64,000 nt of DNA. It comes from Candidatus Bipolaricaulota bacterium. GTDB lineage: Bacteria; Bipolaricaulota; Bipolaricaulia; RBG-16-55-9; DRXL01. Both the position numbers and the translations under genes were made by a program. The notes beneath the pieces were generated by a model that did not search any database, was not told the DNA's origin, and was given only the letters and a program-made list of their open reading frames with translations. The stretch spans positions 102,234 through 166,233 of the forward strand of contig JANXCC010000002.1 in assembly GCA_025060395.1 (NCBI GenBank), written 5' to 3'. Numbering within the stretch: position 1 is the stretch's first letter; every line of letters starts with the position of its first letter. Of this stretch, positions 26,027 to 35,920 are shown one piece after another.

Positions 26027-26064
26027 TGACTGAACCTCCTTTTTCTGGTTTTAAGACCCGTCCC

Positions 26065-27648
26065 TTAGAACTTGGTGCTCAGGCTGACCCCAATGCCACC
26101 GACTATATCGGCTAGGATCACGGCCGAGAAGGTCACAGCCACCGGCTCGAACGCAAAACCGATCTCGACGTCCAGCTCCTTGAAGGTGCCCAGGAGACCC
26201 CCATCGAAGATCACTAGGGTGGCGATGCTCACCGGACCGACAGCGCCGGTCAGGCTCAGGCGATGCTCGACCACGGGCGGGATCAGCGGGCCACCACCCC
26301 AGAGCGGGCTGCAGTAGACCGGGTCGGTGCAGAAGGTGATGTCGCTGGTCACCTTCAGGCCAGCTGGATCAAACGAGGAGATGACCTGACTGAGAGCCGG
26401 CTGACCGAAGGACCACTGGCCGTTGTTGCGCCAGACGAGGAAGGCCACGATGGAGATATCGCCAGCCTTCAGCTCCAACCGCGTGATATTGCTGATCAGG
26501 TCGAAGTTGCCGTTCCAGTTCCAGGTCGCCTGGACGTTGAGCCGCCACGGGGCCAGGACATAGGTCTGGACCAGCTGCATGAAGCACAACGGGCTGGTGA
26601 CGTCCTTGTTCTCGACCGCATCGGGGTCATAGGGCCAGAACCAGCCGTCGTTGTCGTCATCGACCTGATCGATGGTGCACTGGCGCAGATCGAAGTGGAA
26701 CTCGGCGCGGAAGTCATGGCGCACGCCGGCAATCACGAGGTTAGTGAGGAAGATCTTCTCCTCCTCATAGTTATTGACTCCACCGCCGGTGAGCGCCTGG
26801 TTGAAGAAGCGCTCCAGAGGCTTGCACTCGCCAAAGCACTCCAACCCCTGCTTAGCGCCCAACCACAGCTCGCCGCGCACGCCCACGCCGCTGACCGTCT
26901 TGCCCTCCGCCGCCAGGACTAGCCCGCTGCGCAGCGTGTAGCCGGTCGCAGTCAGGCTCACGTTGGCAAAGAGCGCCTTGACGTTGAGGACCAAGCCGGC
27001 GATGTTGAGGCTCAGGTCGGCGATCTTCTTGCGGAAGCGGATAATATTGTTCAGGGCGTTGGTGGGTTGGATCCAGCGAGCCAGGATGAGGTTCTGGGCA
27101 ATCGGATGGATCCGGTTGCGGAAGATCTCCCAGAAGGCGACAGTTCCGAAGACCGGGTCGCTAATGGTACCGTTGATTCGAGGGGTCGCTACCGCTGAGT
27201 AGAGGGTGCAGACCGCCGGGTTAGCGGCGGGGAACTGCGGCAGCGAGACCGAGCCGAAAGGCGCGCCCTCAAACTGCATCAAGCACCAGCGCAACGACCC
27301 ATACTGATCCCGCGTCTCCTCGAACTCGAAGAAGGTCGGGGAGAAGATGATCGTATCCTTGATGGTCAGAGCACCAACCGTGGCGCTGATCACGAACGAT
27401 TGGAATTCAACGCCAAGGAAGGTGAAGATCGTTGTGCTGGTGATGTCCAGGCCGCTGATGGAGAAGGTCAGGATCAAGTCGGCCTCAAACTTCACATCGA
27501 TGAGGTCGACCTTGTTGATCTCGGGACCCTGAGGATGGAAGACAAAGTCGAGAGAAAAGCTTCCGCTGATTGGAGCAGCGTTCGCTCCCCACGAAAGCGC
27601 CCCCACAACGGCGAGCGCACAGGTTAGAGCGAGTAATCTTCTAAACAT
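26065..27648 (-). CDS. Paralog 3 of a secreted putative outer-membrane beta-barrel protein family, the first gene of the operon.
   Basis: It shares the same family features as its two neighbours. The C-terminus is ...LSTKF. A roughly 125-nt leader lies downstream of a consensus promoter. Confidence 0.8.
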   Translation of the reverse strand: MFRRLLALTCALAVVGALSWGANAAPISGSFSLDFVFHPQGPEINKVDLIDVKFEADLILTFSISGLDITSTTIFTFLGVEFQSFVISATVGALTIKDTIIFSPTFFEFEETRDQYGSLRWCLMQFEGAPFGSVSLPQFPAANPAVCTLYSAVATPRINGTISDPVFGTVAFWEIFRNRIHPIAQNLILARWIQPTNALNNIIRFRKKIADLSLNIAGLVLNVKALFANVSLTATGYTLRSGLVLAAEGKTVSGVGVRGELWLGAKQGLECFGECKPLERFFNQALTGGGVNNYEEEKIFLTNLVIAGVRHDFRAEFHFDLRQCTIDQVDDDNDGWFWPYDPDAVENKDVTSPLCFMQLVQTYVLAPWRLNVQATWNWNGNFDLISNITRLELKAGDISIVAFLVWRNNGQWSFGQPALSQVISSFDPAGLKVTSDITFCTDPVYCSPLWGGGPLIPPVVEHRLSLTGAVGPVSIATLVIFDGGLLGTFKELDVEIGFAFEPVAVTFSAVILADIVGGIGVSLSTKF

Positions 27649-27779
27649 GTACAGAAACCTCCTTTTTTACTCGGTTTTTGGCGTACGCACGAACGACTCT
27701 CTCTCCGTGGTGTGTTGTTGTTGGCGTGTTCCCCCAGGTGAAGATCACCTCCTTATGAGGATCGTTTTTTGGTGACTGT

Positions 27780-27808
27780 ATTATAACACACACTCACCTC
27801 GCTGTCAA
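27780..27808 (-). promoter_or_regulatory. Perfect consensus sigma70 promoter (TTGACA-17-TATAAT) driving the three paralog genes.
   Basis: Read on the minus strand, the -35 is at 27803..27808 and the -10 at 27780..27785. Confidence 0.6.
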
Positions 27809-27814
27809 GACCCC

Positions 27815-28471
27815 CTATGTTAATAGAGCCACGATGACCGCAACGACGCCGGCGAAGACCGCAAACCCTGTGATAAGTAGGGCGTTATTCATCTGACTTT
27901 GTAGTTTCTCGAGCTCTGCGGGGGCAACTCCTCCTCCCGAGGCCCGCGCCTGCTGGAGCTCGGCCTTGAGCGTCTGGACTTGGGCTTGCAAAGAGGCGAT
28001 CTGCGCCTCGCTCTGGGCGAGCTTCTCCTGGAGGGCGGCGACCGCCGCGCTGCTGTCGGCACTGGGCCGACTCTTGAGCGTAGTGACCTCGTGCTCGAGC
28101 TTGTCGAGCGCCTGGACGCGCTCAGAGAGCTTGAAGATCAGGTCTTGGAGGATCTTCAGATCTGCTGGCTGGATCTTCTCCGGATCGTTCTGGAGGTACC
28201 GAATCGCTCGCGCGATGAGGACGGCTGCATCATAGCGAGTCAGGGCCTTACCCCCTTGAAACTCCCCGGTGGGCAGCCCAGTGATGATCCCGCGCTCGAC
28301 CAAGAACTTCAGATCGCTTGCCGCATAGTGATCCGATGGGACGTCGACGAAGATCGAGCCGCGCTGGGCGGTGGGCTTGGAGGGCCGCTTCGGCTGACCA
28401 TCGGCTAAAGCTACCAGCCCCACACTCAGCACCATCAACCCGATAACAACGACCTTGAGACCTCTCATCAT
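27815..28471 (-). CDS. Ompalpha-like envelope tether with signal peptide, SLH domain, coiled coil and C-terminal transmembrane anchor.
   Basis: The SLH motif is FVDVPSDHYAASDLKFLVERGIITG...ALTRYDAAVLIARA. A heptad-rich roughly 90-aa Ala/Gln/Leu segment follows. The C-terminus ITGFAVFAGVVAVIVALLT is a hydrophobic helix. Confidence 0.85.
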   Translation of the reverse strand: MMRGLKVVVIGLMVLSVGLVALADGQPKRPSKPTAQRGSIFVDVPSDHYAASDLKFLVERGIITGLPTGEFQGGKALTRYDAAVLIARAIRYLQNDPEKIQPADLKILQDLIFKLSERVQALDKLEHEVTTLKSRPSADSSAAVAALQEKLAQSEAQIASLQAQVQTLKAELQQARASGGGVAPAELEKLQSQMNNALLITGFAVFAGVVAVIVALLT

Positions 28472-28531
28472 CTACCTCCCGAGTGTGCGTGTTCAACCTC
28501 CTCGGGGTTTTTGGCCCTGCCTCGGGAGCGT

Positions 28532-28561
28532 ATTGTAGGTTACGTGTCCAGCGGCTGTCAA
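28532..28561 (-). promoter_or_regulatory. Sigma70-type promoter for the SLH tether gene, TTGACA-18-TACAAT.
   Basis: The hexamers were read on the minus strand. The RBS GGGAGG follows before the ATG at 28471. Confidence 0.5.
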
Positions 28562-28620
28562 GTCCGCATGTCCGCTCCCCGCGTCATCGGTGGCCCCTCC
28601 CTACCTTCCACGATTCCCCC

Positions 28621-28649
28621 TTGACAGCAGGAAGCCCGTCCCGTATAAT
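28621..28649 (+). promoter_or_regulatory. Perfect consensus sigma70 promoter (TTGACA-17-TATAAT) for clpC.
   Basis: TTGACA is at 28621..28626 and TATAAT at 28644..28649. Confidence 0.6.
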
Positions 28650-28676
28650 TTAGCAGAGAAATCTATAGTCTGCTAA
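28650..28676 (+). promoter_or_regulatory. CIRCE-like 9-N9-9 inverted repeat (TTAGCAGAG-N9-GTCTGCTAA) overlapping the clpC transcription start. It is a candidate HrcA-type operator.
   Basis: The outer TTAGCA...TGCTAA half-sites match the CIRCE consensus TTAGCACTC-N9-GAGTGCTAA. The inner triplets differ. Confidence 0.4.
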
Positions 28677-28697
28677 TTTTAAGGGAGTGAGCATACG

Positions 28698-31133
28698 ATG
28701 ATAAGATTCGACCGCTTCACCGAGAAAGCCCAGGAGGTCTTTCGCGACTCCGCAGAGCTTTTAGAGAGATATAAGCACAACCAACTCGACGTCGAACATA
28801 TCTTCTATACGCTGGCGGCTAAGGAGGGCGTCGGCCGAGAATTACTCAAAGAGATGGGCGTCCCCATCCCCGGCCTGCTCAAAGACCTAGAGCTTCTCTT
28901 GACCGAAAAGCCCAGCGTCTCTACGACCTTTGTCGGCCAGCAGATCTATATCACGCCCAGATTAGAAATGCTCGTCAAGGCCGCTCAAGTCGAAGCTGAT
29001 CGATTAAAAGACGAGTTTATAGGGATCGAGCATCTCTTAATAGCTATTAGCCAGGACCCCAACACAGCTCTCAGAAGGGTCTTATATAAATACGATATAA
29101 CCCCGGAGCGAGTCTACCACGCCCTGTCGCGGGTGCGCGGGGCCCAGCGCGTGACGGATAGAGAAGCCGAGAGTCGCTACAAAGCCCTAGAACGATTCTC
29201 GATCAACCTGACAGCGCTGGCTCGTGAAGGCAAGCTCGACCCAGTTATCGGACGCTCGCGAGAGATTCGTCGTGCCGTCCAGATTCTCTCTCGCAGAAAG
29301 AAGAACAACCCGGTCTTTATCGGGGAGCCGGGCGTGGGCAAGACGGCGATCGTTGAGGGCTTAGCCCAAAGGATCGTCGCCGGCGATGTCCCCGATACCC
29401 TCAAGAATAAAGAACTGATTCAGTTGGACTTGGCAGCGCTCGTGGCGGGCACCAAGTTTCGTGGAGAGTTTGAAGAGAGACTGAAAGCCGTCATCAACGA
29501 GATCGAGAGCACTAAGGGCAAGATTATTGTGTTTATCGACGAGCTGCACACGGTCGTAGGCGCCGGGGCGGCCGAAGGCGCCATCGATGCTTCTAATATC
29601 TTAAAGCCCGTCTTAGCTCGCGGGACGTTCCAAGTGATCGGCGCGACGACTTTGGACGAATATAGAGAGCATATCGAGAAAGATCCGGCGCTCGAGCGGC
29701 GCTTCCAGAAAGTTCTCATCGAGGAGCCTTCGGTCGATGAGACTATCGCGATCTTAGAAGGGATGCGCCCGAAGCTCGAAGCCCATCATAACGTCAAGAT
29801 TACGGACGACGCCTTGCGCGCGGCCGCGCGGCTCTCAGCGCGCTATATCTCTGACAGATTCTTGCCCGACAAAGCCATCGATCTCTTAGACGAAGCGGCG
29901 GCCAAGCTGAGAGTCGATCGGACGTTCGCCCCCGAACTCCAAGAGATCACCGAGAAGATTAAACTATTAGAAGGGCGCCTCAAGAACGCCGACCCCAAGA
30001 CGGCCAAGCAGCTTCAGAAAGAGCTAGAGAAGCTTCAAGCCGAGAAGACCAAGCGCGAGGCCGAGCACGCCCAGCGAGTCCAGCGCGAACCCATCGTCAC
30101 GGATCGCGAGATCGCCGAGACGGTCGCGCTCTGGACGGGCATACCCGTCGAACAGATGTTTGAAGAGGAACGCGAGCGCTTGGCCAAGCTCGAAGAGCGA
30201 CTCCATCAGCGGGTTGTTGACCAGAATGACGCTGTCAAGGCCGTCGCCCAAGCCGTGCGTCGCGCTCGCGCCGGGCTGAAAGACCCCAAGCGCCCTGCGG
30301 GCAGCTTCTTGTTCTTAGGGCCCACGGGCGTGGGCAAGACCGAGCTCTCGAAAGCATTGGCCGAAGCGCTCTTTGGCGACGAAAACGCCCTGCTCAGATT
30401 CGATATGTCTGAGTTCATGGAGCCGCACTCAGTAGCCAAGCTGATCGGTTCTCCTCCTGGCTATGTGGGGTACGAGGAGGGCGGACAGCTCACCGAAGCC
30501 GTGCGCAGAAAGCCCTACAGAGTCATTCTCTTTGACGAGATCGAGAAGGCTCATCGCGACGTCTTTAACATTCTCTTGCAAGTCTTAGATGACGGCCGGC
30601 TCACCGACAGCCACGGGCGCACCGTTGACTTCAAGAATACTATCATTCTGATGACGAGCAACTTGGGGAGCGAGCAGATCGTCTCCAAGACGACCCAATT
30701 GGGCTTTGTCAGCGAGAAGAGCGACGCTCACGAGCGATCTTATCAAGAGATCCGGGAGCGCGTCTTGAGCGAAGTGAAGAGATTCTTCCGGCCCGAATTC
30801 TTAAATAGACTGGACGGGATCATTGTCTTCCGTCCCCTCTCTAGAGAGAATCTCTTGGACATTGTCACCCTGAAGTTAGAAGCGCTGCGCAAGAAGCTCG
30901 CCGAGAGGGAGATCGCTCTTGAAGTCACAGAGAGCGCCAAGGCGCTCTTGGCTGAAAAAGGCTATGACCCGCTCTACGGGGCACGCCCCCTACAGCGCGT
31001 CATCCAAGAAGAGATCGAGAACGAACTCGCGATGCAGATCGTCGAGAACAAGCTCAAAGAAGGAGACACAGTGCGCGTCGACGCGCGCGAGGGGAAGTTT
31101 ATGATCGAAGTCACCGTCGGGGCAACAGTTTGA
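28698..31133 (+). CDS. clpC: Clp ATPase ClpC (AAA+ class III, two nucleotide-binding domains).
   Basis: It has N-terminal Clp_N repeats, two Walker A motifs (GEPGVGKT and GPTGVGKT), and a short middle domain. The length is 811 aa. An LGF loop is consistent with ClpP docking. Confidence 0.88.
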   Translation: MIRFDRFTEKAQEVFRDSAELLERYKHNQLDVEHIFYTLAAKEGVGRELLKEMGVPIPGLLKDLELLLTEKPSVSTTFVGQQIYITPRLEMLVKAAQVEADRLKDEFIGIEHLLIAISQDPNTALRRVLYKYDITPERVYHALSRVRGAQRVTDREAESRYKALERFSINLTALAREGKLDPVIGRSREIRRAVQILSRRKKNNPVFIGEPGVGKTAIVEGLAQRIVAGDVPDTLKNKELIQLDLAALVAGTKFRGEFEERLKAVINEIESTKGKIIVFIDELHTVVGAGAAEGAIDASNILKPVLARGTFQVIGATTLDEYREHIEKDPALERRFQKVLIEEPSVDETIAILEGMRPKLEAHHNVKITDDALRAAARLSARYISDRFLPDKAIDLLDEAAAKLRVDRTFAPELQEITEKIKLLEGRLKNADPKTAKQLQKELEKLQAEKTKREAEHAQRVQREPIVTDREIAETVALWTGIPVEQMFEEERERLAKLEERLHQRVVDQNDAVKAVAQAVRRARAGLKDPKRPAGSFLFLGPTGVGKTELSKALAEALFGDENALLRFDMSEFMEPHSVAKLIGSPPGYVGYEEGGQLTEAVRRKPYRVILFDEIEKAHRDVFNILLQVLDDGRLTDSHGRTVDFKNTIILMTSNLGSEQIVSKTTQLGFVSEKSDAHERSYQEIRERVLSEVKRFFRPEFLNRLDGIIVFRPLSRENLLDIVTLKLEALRKKLAEREIALEVTESAKALLAEKGYDPLYGARPLQRVIQEEIENELAMQIVENKLKEGDTVRVDAREGKFMIEVTVGATV

Positions 31134-31180
31134 CGGTTTGGCGCTTGTGCGCGCGTCTGCTAAGCTCATCTGGGGAGATT

Positions 31181-31562
31181 ATGGCTATCTCCGGAGCGAA
31201 GCGGCGCTTCACCGTGACAGAGTACTCTCGGATGGTGTAGGTGGGCATTCTCTCCGAAGATGACCGCGTCGAGCTGTTAGAAGGGGAGATCTTCGAGATG
31301 AGTCCGATCAGCAGTCGCCATGCGAGTTGCGTCAAGCGTTTGAATGACCTTCTTGTAAGCAAGCTCAGTGGGCGTTTCGTCGCCGGCGTGCAAGACCCGA
31401 TTCGTCACGCAAAAAGCGGGCATTCCCGAGCTCTGGCTCGTCGATCTGACCCAGGAGCAGATCGGGGTCTATCGCGCCCCTTCGAGGCGGGGCTACGGTG
31501 ACTCGCAGACGCTCAGACGCGGCCAGATCCTCCAAGCACACTTCGAAGAGATTCTGGGCTAG
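31181..31562 (+). pseudogene. Uma2-family (DUF820) endonuclease pseudogene with an in-frame TAG and a frameshift.
   Basis: MAISGAKRRFTVTEYSRMV is followed by TAG at 31238..31240, then GILSEDDRVELLEGEIFEMSP... in the same frame. The C-terminal part (IPELWLVDL...) continues in another frame from about 31370. Confidence 0.6.
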
Positions 31563-32044
31563 AACAGGGCAATCACCCCCAGCGTCGCCAGCGTCACGAG
31601 CACCCCCGCAAGGCACACCCCCACAGCGATCAACGGAAGCGCGTATCTGAAGGGAATCCCAAAGACGTGCGCCACCAAAGCCCCCGTCCACGCCCCCGTC
31701 GCCGGCAACGGGATGGCTACCAAAAGCACGAGCGCCATCGCCCCCAGACGCGCCATCAGCACGCTCTGGCGTCGGCGCGTCCACGCAAAGAGCCAAGTTA
31801 TCAAGCGATCAAAGAGCACAGCTCGGCGGAGCAGCGCCGTCATAGGCTCTAAGAGTTTCAATAAGATCGGCACCGGCAGGAGATTCCCCAAAACCCCCAG
31901 CAGATATGCCGTCACCGGATCGAACCCATAGACCCAAATCGCTACGGGAATCGCCCCGCGCAGCTCGCTAAGCGGCATCGCCGCCAGCAGCACCACCGTC
32001 ACAACCTTCCCGATCACGCGCTCTATTATACGCTCGTTGCACAT
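31559..32044 (-). CDS. Small polytopic membrane protein of unknown function.
   Basis: The ORF was trimmed to the internal Met (MCNERII...) because the longer form overlaps guaB on the other strand. It has four predicted TM helices. Confidence 0.55.
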   Translation of the reverse strand: MCNERIIERVIGKVVTVVLLAAMPLSELRGAIPVAIWVYGFDPVTAYLLGVLGNLLPVPILLKLLEPMTALLRRAVLFDRLITWLFAWTRRRQSVLMARLGAMALVLLVAIPLPATGAWTGALVAHVFGIPFRYALPLIAVGVCLAGVLVTLATLGVIALF

Positions 32045-32093
32045 CGTGAGAAACTCTGTATAATAGCCCAAAGCGAGCAGAGGAGGGATCACC

Positions 32094-33551
32094 GTGAGGC
32101 TCGCGCTCACCTTCGACGATGTCTTACTCGTGCCTAAGTACTCCGAGATCCTACCCCACCAAGTCGACGTCTCGACCAAGTTGACGCGCACTATCACCTT
32201 GAAGATCCCCATTATCAGTGCGGCCATGGACACCGTCACGGAATCGGCCATGGCCATCGCTATGGCCAAAGAAGGGGGCTTAGGGGTCATCCATCGCAAT
32301 CTCACCCCGCAGCAGCAAGCCGAAGAGGTCCGCAAAGTCAAGCGCTACGAAGCCGGGATCATCAAAGATCCCTGGACGCTCACCAAAGACGAGCCCGTCA
32401 GAAGAGCCCTCAAACTGATGGCAGAGCATAACATCTCCGGGGTGCCCATCATCGATCCCAAGACGCGTGTCTTGGAAGGGATCATCACCATGCGGGATCT
32501 GCAGCTCCGCGAAGATTTGGACGAGCCCATCGCTCGCCGCATGACCCCCAAAGAACGACTCATTACCGCCCCCCTAGGGGTCACCCTTGAACAAGCCAAG
32601 AAAATCTTACAGGAGCATCGCATCGAAAAACTCCCCTTGGTCGACGAGAAGTTTCGGCTCTGTGGGCTCATCACCATGAAAGACATCAAGAAAGCTGAGC
32701 AGTTCCCCAACGCGTGCAAGGACGCCCACGGACGCTTGCTGTGTGGGGCGGCGGTAGGAGTCTCTCTAGATATGGAGCGCGAGGAGTTGCTCGTTGAGGC
32801 TGGAGTGGATGTCTTCGTGGTCGACACGGCCCATGGCCACAGTGCCCAGGTCATCGAGAAGGTCCGGGCACTAAAGAAATGGTTTAAGATCGACGTGATC
32901 GCGGGGAACGTGGCTACGGCTGAGGGAACCAAAGCCTTGATCGATGCCGGGGCTGATGCGGTCAAGGTGGGCATCGGTGGCGGCTCGATCTGTACGACGC
33001 GGGTCATCAGCGGGGTCGGCGTTCCGCAGCTATCGGCGGTGCTGGAATGCGCTCCGGTCGCCCAGGCGGCCAAGGTCCCGCTCATCTCGGACGGGGGAAT
33101 TCGCTATTCAGGGGATATTGCTAAGGCGTTGGCCGCGGGGGCCAACGCCGTAATGATCGGCGGGTTGCTAGCGGGCACTGAAGAAGCCCCCGGAGAGATC
33201 TTCACGCTCAAGGGCGAAACGTATAAGACCTATCGCGGGATGGGGTCGCTTGGAGCGTTGAAAGATGCCCCTCGGGGAGATCGGCGGTACTTCTGGGATG
33301 AGTCGAAAGAGCCGATTGCCGAGGGGGTAGAGGGCCGGGTGCGCTATCGTGGTAAGGTCGCTGATGTGCTCTATCAGTTGGTTGGGGGCGTCAAGGTCGC
33401 CATGGGCTATTGTGGTGCCCCGGATATTCCAACTTTGCAGAGAACCGCAGAGTTTGTGCAGATCACACGCGCGGCCCTGGTGGAGAGCCATCCCCACGAC
33501 GTCCAGATCACTAAAGAAGCTCCCAATTATCGATTTGGGGAGGATGGGTGA
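32094..33551 (+). CDS. guaB: IMP dehydrogenase with a CBS pair, GTG start.
   Basis: It shows full-length IMPDH conservation (catalytic Cys loop [19 protein letters not shown]). TATAAT at 32056 and a GGAGGG RBS lie upstream. Confidence 0.95.
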   Translation: MRLALTFDDVLLVPKYSEILPHQVDVSTKLTRTITLKIPIISAAMDTVTESAMAIAMAKEGGLGVIHRNLTPQQQAEEVRKVKRYEAGIIKDPWTLTKDEPVRRALKLMAEHNISGVPIIDPKTRVLEGIITMRDLQLREDLDEPIARRMTPKERLITAPLGVTLEQAKKILQEHRIEKLPLVDEKFRLCGLITMKDIKKAEQFPNACKDAHGRLLCGAAVGVSLDMEREELLVEAGVDVFVVDTAHGHSAQVIEKVRALKKWFKIDVIAGNVATAEGTKALIDAGADAVKVGIGGGSICTTRVISGVGVPQLSAVLECAPVAQAAKVPLISDGGIRYSGDIAKALAAGANAVMIGGLLAGTEEAPGEIFTLKGETYKTYRGMGSLGALKDAPRGDRRYFWDESKEPIAEGVEGRVRYRGKVADVLYQLVGGVKVAMGYCGAPDIPTLQRTAEFVQITRAALVESHPHDVQITKEAPNYRFGEDG

Positions 33552-33672
33552 AACTTTCAAAGCCTCCCAGGGTATAGTATAATAGAGTCAGCTGGTGGGC
33601 TAGAGAACCTCCTTCTTTGGCGAGGCGACCCCGGTAGGCGATAAAGACGACGCCTCGGCCGCCAGGGTTTTG

Positions 33673-33706
33673 CCCCGTCTCTTGCCTCCGGAGCGGGGAT
33701 TTTTCC
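33673..33706 (+). terminator. Possible rho-independent terminator after guaB, the first of two.
   Basis: CCCCG...CGGGG stem followed by ATTTTT. Confidence 0.4.
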
Positions 33707-33752
33707 CCAGCGGCTCTAAGGGGTCGCCCCCCCCTCCCTCACAAGCCCAAGC

Positions 33753-33786
33753 GGGGTGATGTCCCTCTCATCACCCCGTATTTTTG
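33753..33786 (+). terminator. Rho-independent terminator after guaB.
   Basis: GGGGTGATG-tccctct-CATCACCCC is followed by GTATTTTTGG. Confidence 0.7.
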
Positions 33787-33834
33787 GCATTCCCCGGGGA
33801 GAGGGTACAATAACTACAATAACAAAGGGAGTGA

Positions 33835-34341
33835 GTGCCAATGATTGCCTTTATTCTCTTGGCTGCGGTTGGACTGATACTCTTGCTGATCTCGGCGTTC
33901 TTTGAGGAGGAGGTCGAAGCCGCTCCTGAGGTTGAGGGCGGCGGGCCGCAGTTCTTGAGCTTGCGCTCGATTGCAGTCTTTCTCACGGCCTTTGGGACTG
34001 TCGGTGCTATCGCACGGTATTACGAGCTCTAGGTGATGCTCAGCTCGCTGTGGGGTGTGCTCGCGGGGGTCGCGATGAGCGGCATCTATCTGTTCGCGAT
34101 GAATCTTGTACGCTCCCAAGAAGCCAGTTCGCTCATCGAGAGCAGAGACTTAATCGGGCTGATGGGAAGGGTGACGGTAGCGATTCCCCCTGACGGCTTG
34201 GGCGAGGTCAGCTGCACTGTCAAGGCTCAAGTGACCCGACGGTTGGCGCGCTCTAGGACCCGTCAGGCAATCCCTGAAGGGGCTCTCGTGCGCATCACGG
34301 ATGTACAGGGGGACGTCGTGCTCGTCGAACAAATTAGCTAA
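33835..34341 (+). pseudogene. NfeD-like membrane protein (TM segment plus OB-fold domain) interrupted by an in-frame TAG at 34030..34032. It may be a pseudogene, a two-piece gene or a readthrough gene.
   Basis: ORFs 33835..34032 (two TM helices) and 34033..34341 (one TM plus an OB-fold-like C-terminus) are in the same frame, separated only by TAG. Their combined length of 168 aa and architecture match YuaF/NfeD short forms, which pair with flotillin. Confidence 0.55.
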
Positions 34342-34357
34342 GAAGGGAGGAGCGAGT

Positions 34358-35920
34358 ATGTTCGGGATAGTTCTCCCTATCTTGCTGGTGCTCGTCGCGT
34401 TGATCGTGCTTGTGGTCGTAATGACCGCGGTGCGCAACTACATCAAAGTGCCGCCCAATAAAGTCGCAGTCTTCTATGGGCGCAGGCATCGGCTCCCTGA
34501 TGGTCGGGTCGTGGGATTTCGCCTTGTGACGGGCGGAGCGGCCCTCAAGTGGCCGGTCATCGAGAGCGTCACCTATCTGGATCTCTCGATCTTCCCAATC
34601 GATCTAGAAGTGCGGGATATGCCGAACAAGGACGGGGTCTTAGTGAGCGCTCAAGCTGTGGCCAACGTCAAGATTCGCAATGACCAAGAATCTCTTATTG
34701 CGGCAGCGGAGCGCTTCCTAGGGCGCAGCTTGGAAGATATCAAACAGATTGCGTACAAGAACTTGGAGGGCCATCTGCGTTCGATCATCGGGCGGTTGAC
34801 GGTTGAGGAGATCGTGCGGGATCGCGCGAAATTCAATCAAGAAGTCCTCACCGAAGCCGCAGCAGACTTGGCCAAGATCGGGCTTGGGGTCGACGTCTTG
34901 ACTATTCAAAAGATCTGGGATTCTGAAGGGTATATCGAGGCGTTGGGCAAGAAACGCACGGCCGAGGTCAAGCGCGATGCGCGTATCGGCGAGGCCGAGG
35001 CCGAGCGCGAGGCGATTATTAAGTCCAGTACGGCAATCCGTGAAGCCAAAGAACGCGAGAACGAGAACTTAGCGCTCATTGCCCAAGCCGAGAAAGAACG
35101 GGACGTCAAGAAAGCCCAATTTGAAGCGGAAGTCCAAGCGCAGCAAGCCAGAGCCCGCCAGGCTGGCCCCTTGGCCGAAGCTATAGCACGCCAACAAGTC
35201 GTCGAGCAAGAGGTCCAAGTCGAGCTGGTGCGCACCAAGAAGCAGATCGAAGTGGCTGAAGCCGAGGCGATCCGCCGGGAGCGCCAGCTCCTTGCCGAAG
35301 TGATCAAGCCCGCCGAAGCCCAGCGCCAGCAGATCATCCTCCAAGCCGAAGCGACCAAACAGAAGGAGATTCTCGAGGCCGAAGGGCGCAAGACGGCCAT
35401 CATTGTGATTGCTGACGCCGAGAAACAGAGACTAGCTTTAGAGGGCATTGGCGAGGCCGACGCCATGCGCGCTAAGCTCTTGGCCGAAGCTGAAGGGATC
35501 AAAGCGAAGCTCTTAGCTGAAGCCGAGGGGGAGAAGGCAAAGCTCTTAGCCGAGGCTGAGGGGATCAGGGCGAAGCTCCTTGCGGAAGCTGAGGGCGCGC
35601 TCAAGAAGGCTGAGGCGTTCGCCAAGCTCGACGAGTCCGCCAAGACGATGCTCGTCTTGGAGAGGCTGCCCGAGGTGATTAAGGCGTTCGCCCCGGTGGC
35701 CGGAGCCGTCGCCGCTCCGCTGGGCAATATCGATAAATTGGTCGTGCTCGATAGCGGCTCCCCCGATGGGACTAATACCCTGAGTCGGCTGGCCAACACC
35801 GTCCCCACGATGATGTTTACCGTGATGCAGGCAGCTCAGGCTTTGGGACTGGACATCAGCGGGCTGTTGAGCAAGCTCGGGATCAAGGCCGAAGAGGAGA
35901 AGAAGAAAGGCGAGGTGTGA
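34358..35920 (+). CDS. floT: Flotillin (SPFH/band-7 domain) with a C-terminal Ala/Glu-rich repeat region.
   Basis: It has an N-terminal TM helix and an SPFH domain. There are four tandem 33-nt / 11-aa repeats, AKLLAEAEGxK, at about 35470..35602. The ORF was trimmed to the Met preceded by RBS AAGGGAGG. Confidence 0.88.
   Translation: MFGIVLPILLVLVALIVLVVVMTAVRNYIKVPPNKVAVFYGRRHRLPDGRVVGFRLVTGGAALKWPVIESVTYLDLSIFPIDLEVRDMPNKDGVLVSAQAVANVKIRNDQESLIAAAERFLGRSLEDIKQIAYKNLEGHLRSIIGRLTVEEIVRDRAKFNQEVLTEAAADLAKIGLGVDVLTIQKIWDSEGYIEALGKKRTAEVKRDARIGEAEAEREAIIKSSTAIREAKERENENLALIAQAEKERDVKKAQFEAEVQAQQARARQAGPLAEAIARQQVVEQEVQVELVRTKKQIEVAEAEAIRRERQLLAEVIKPAEAQRQQIILQAEATKQKEILEAEGRKTAIIVIADAEKQRLALEGIGEADAMRAKLLAEAEGIKAKLLAEAEGEKAKLLAEAEGIRAKLLAEAEGALKKAEAFAKLDESAKTMLVLERLPEVIKAFAPVAGAVAAPLGNIDKLVVLDSGSPDGTNTLSRLANTVPTMMFTVMQAAQALGLDISGLLSKLGIKAEEEKKKGEV

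Noticed and set aside
31559-32341. A 260-aa extended form of the small membrane protein.
   Set aside because: The N-terminal 99 codons overlap guaB on the opposite strand. It was trimmed to the internal Met.
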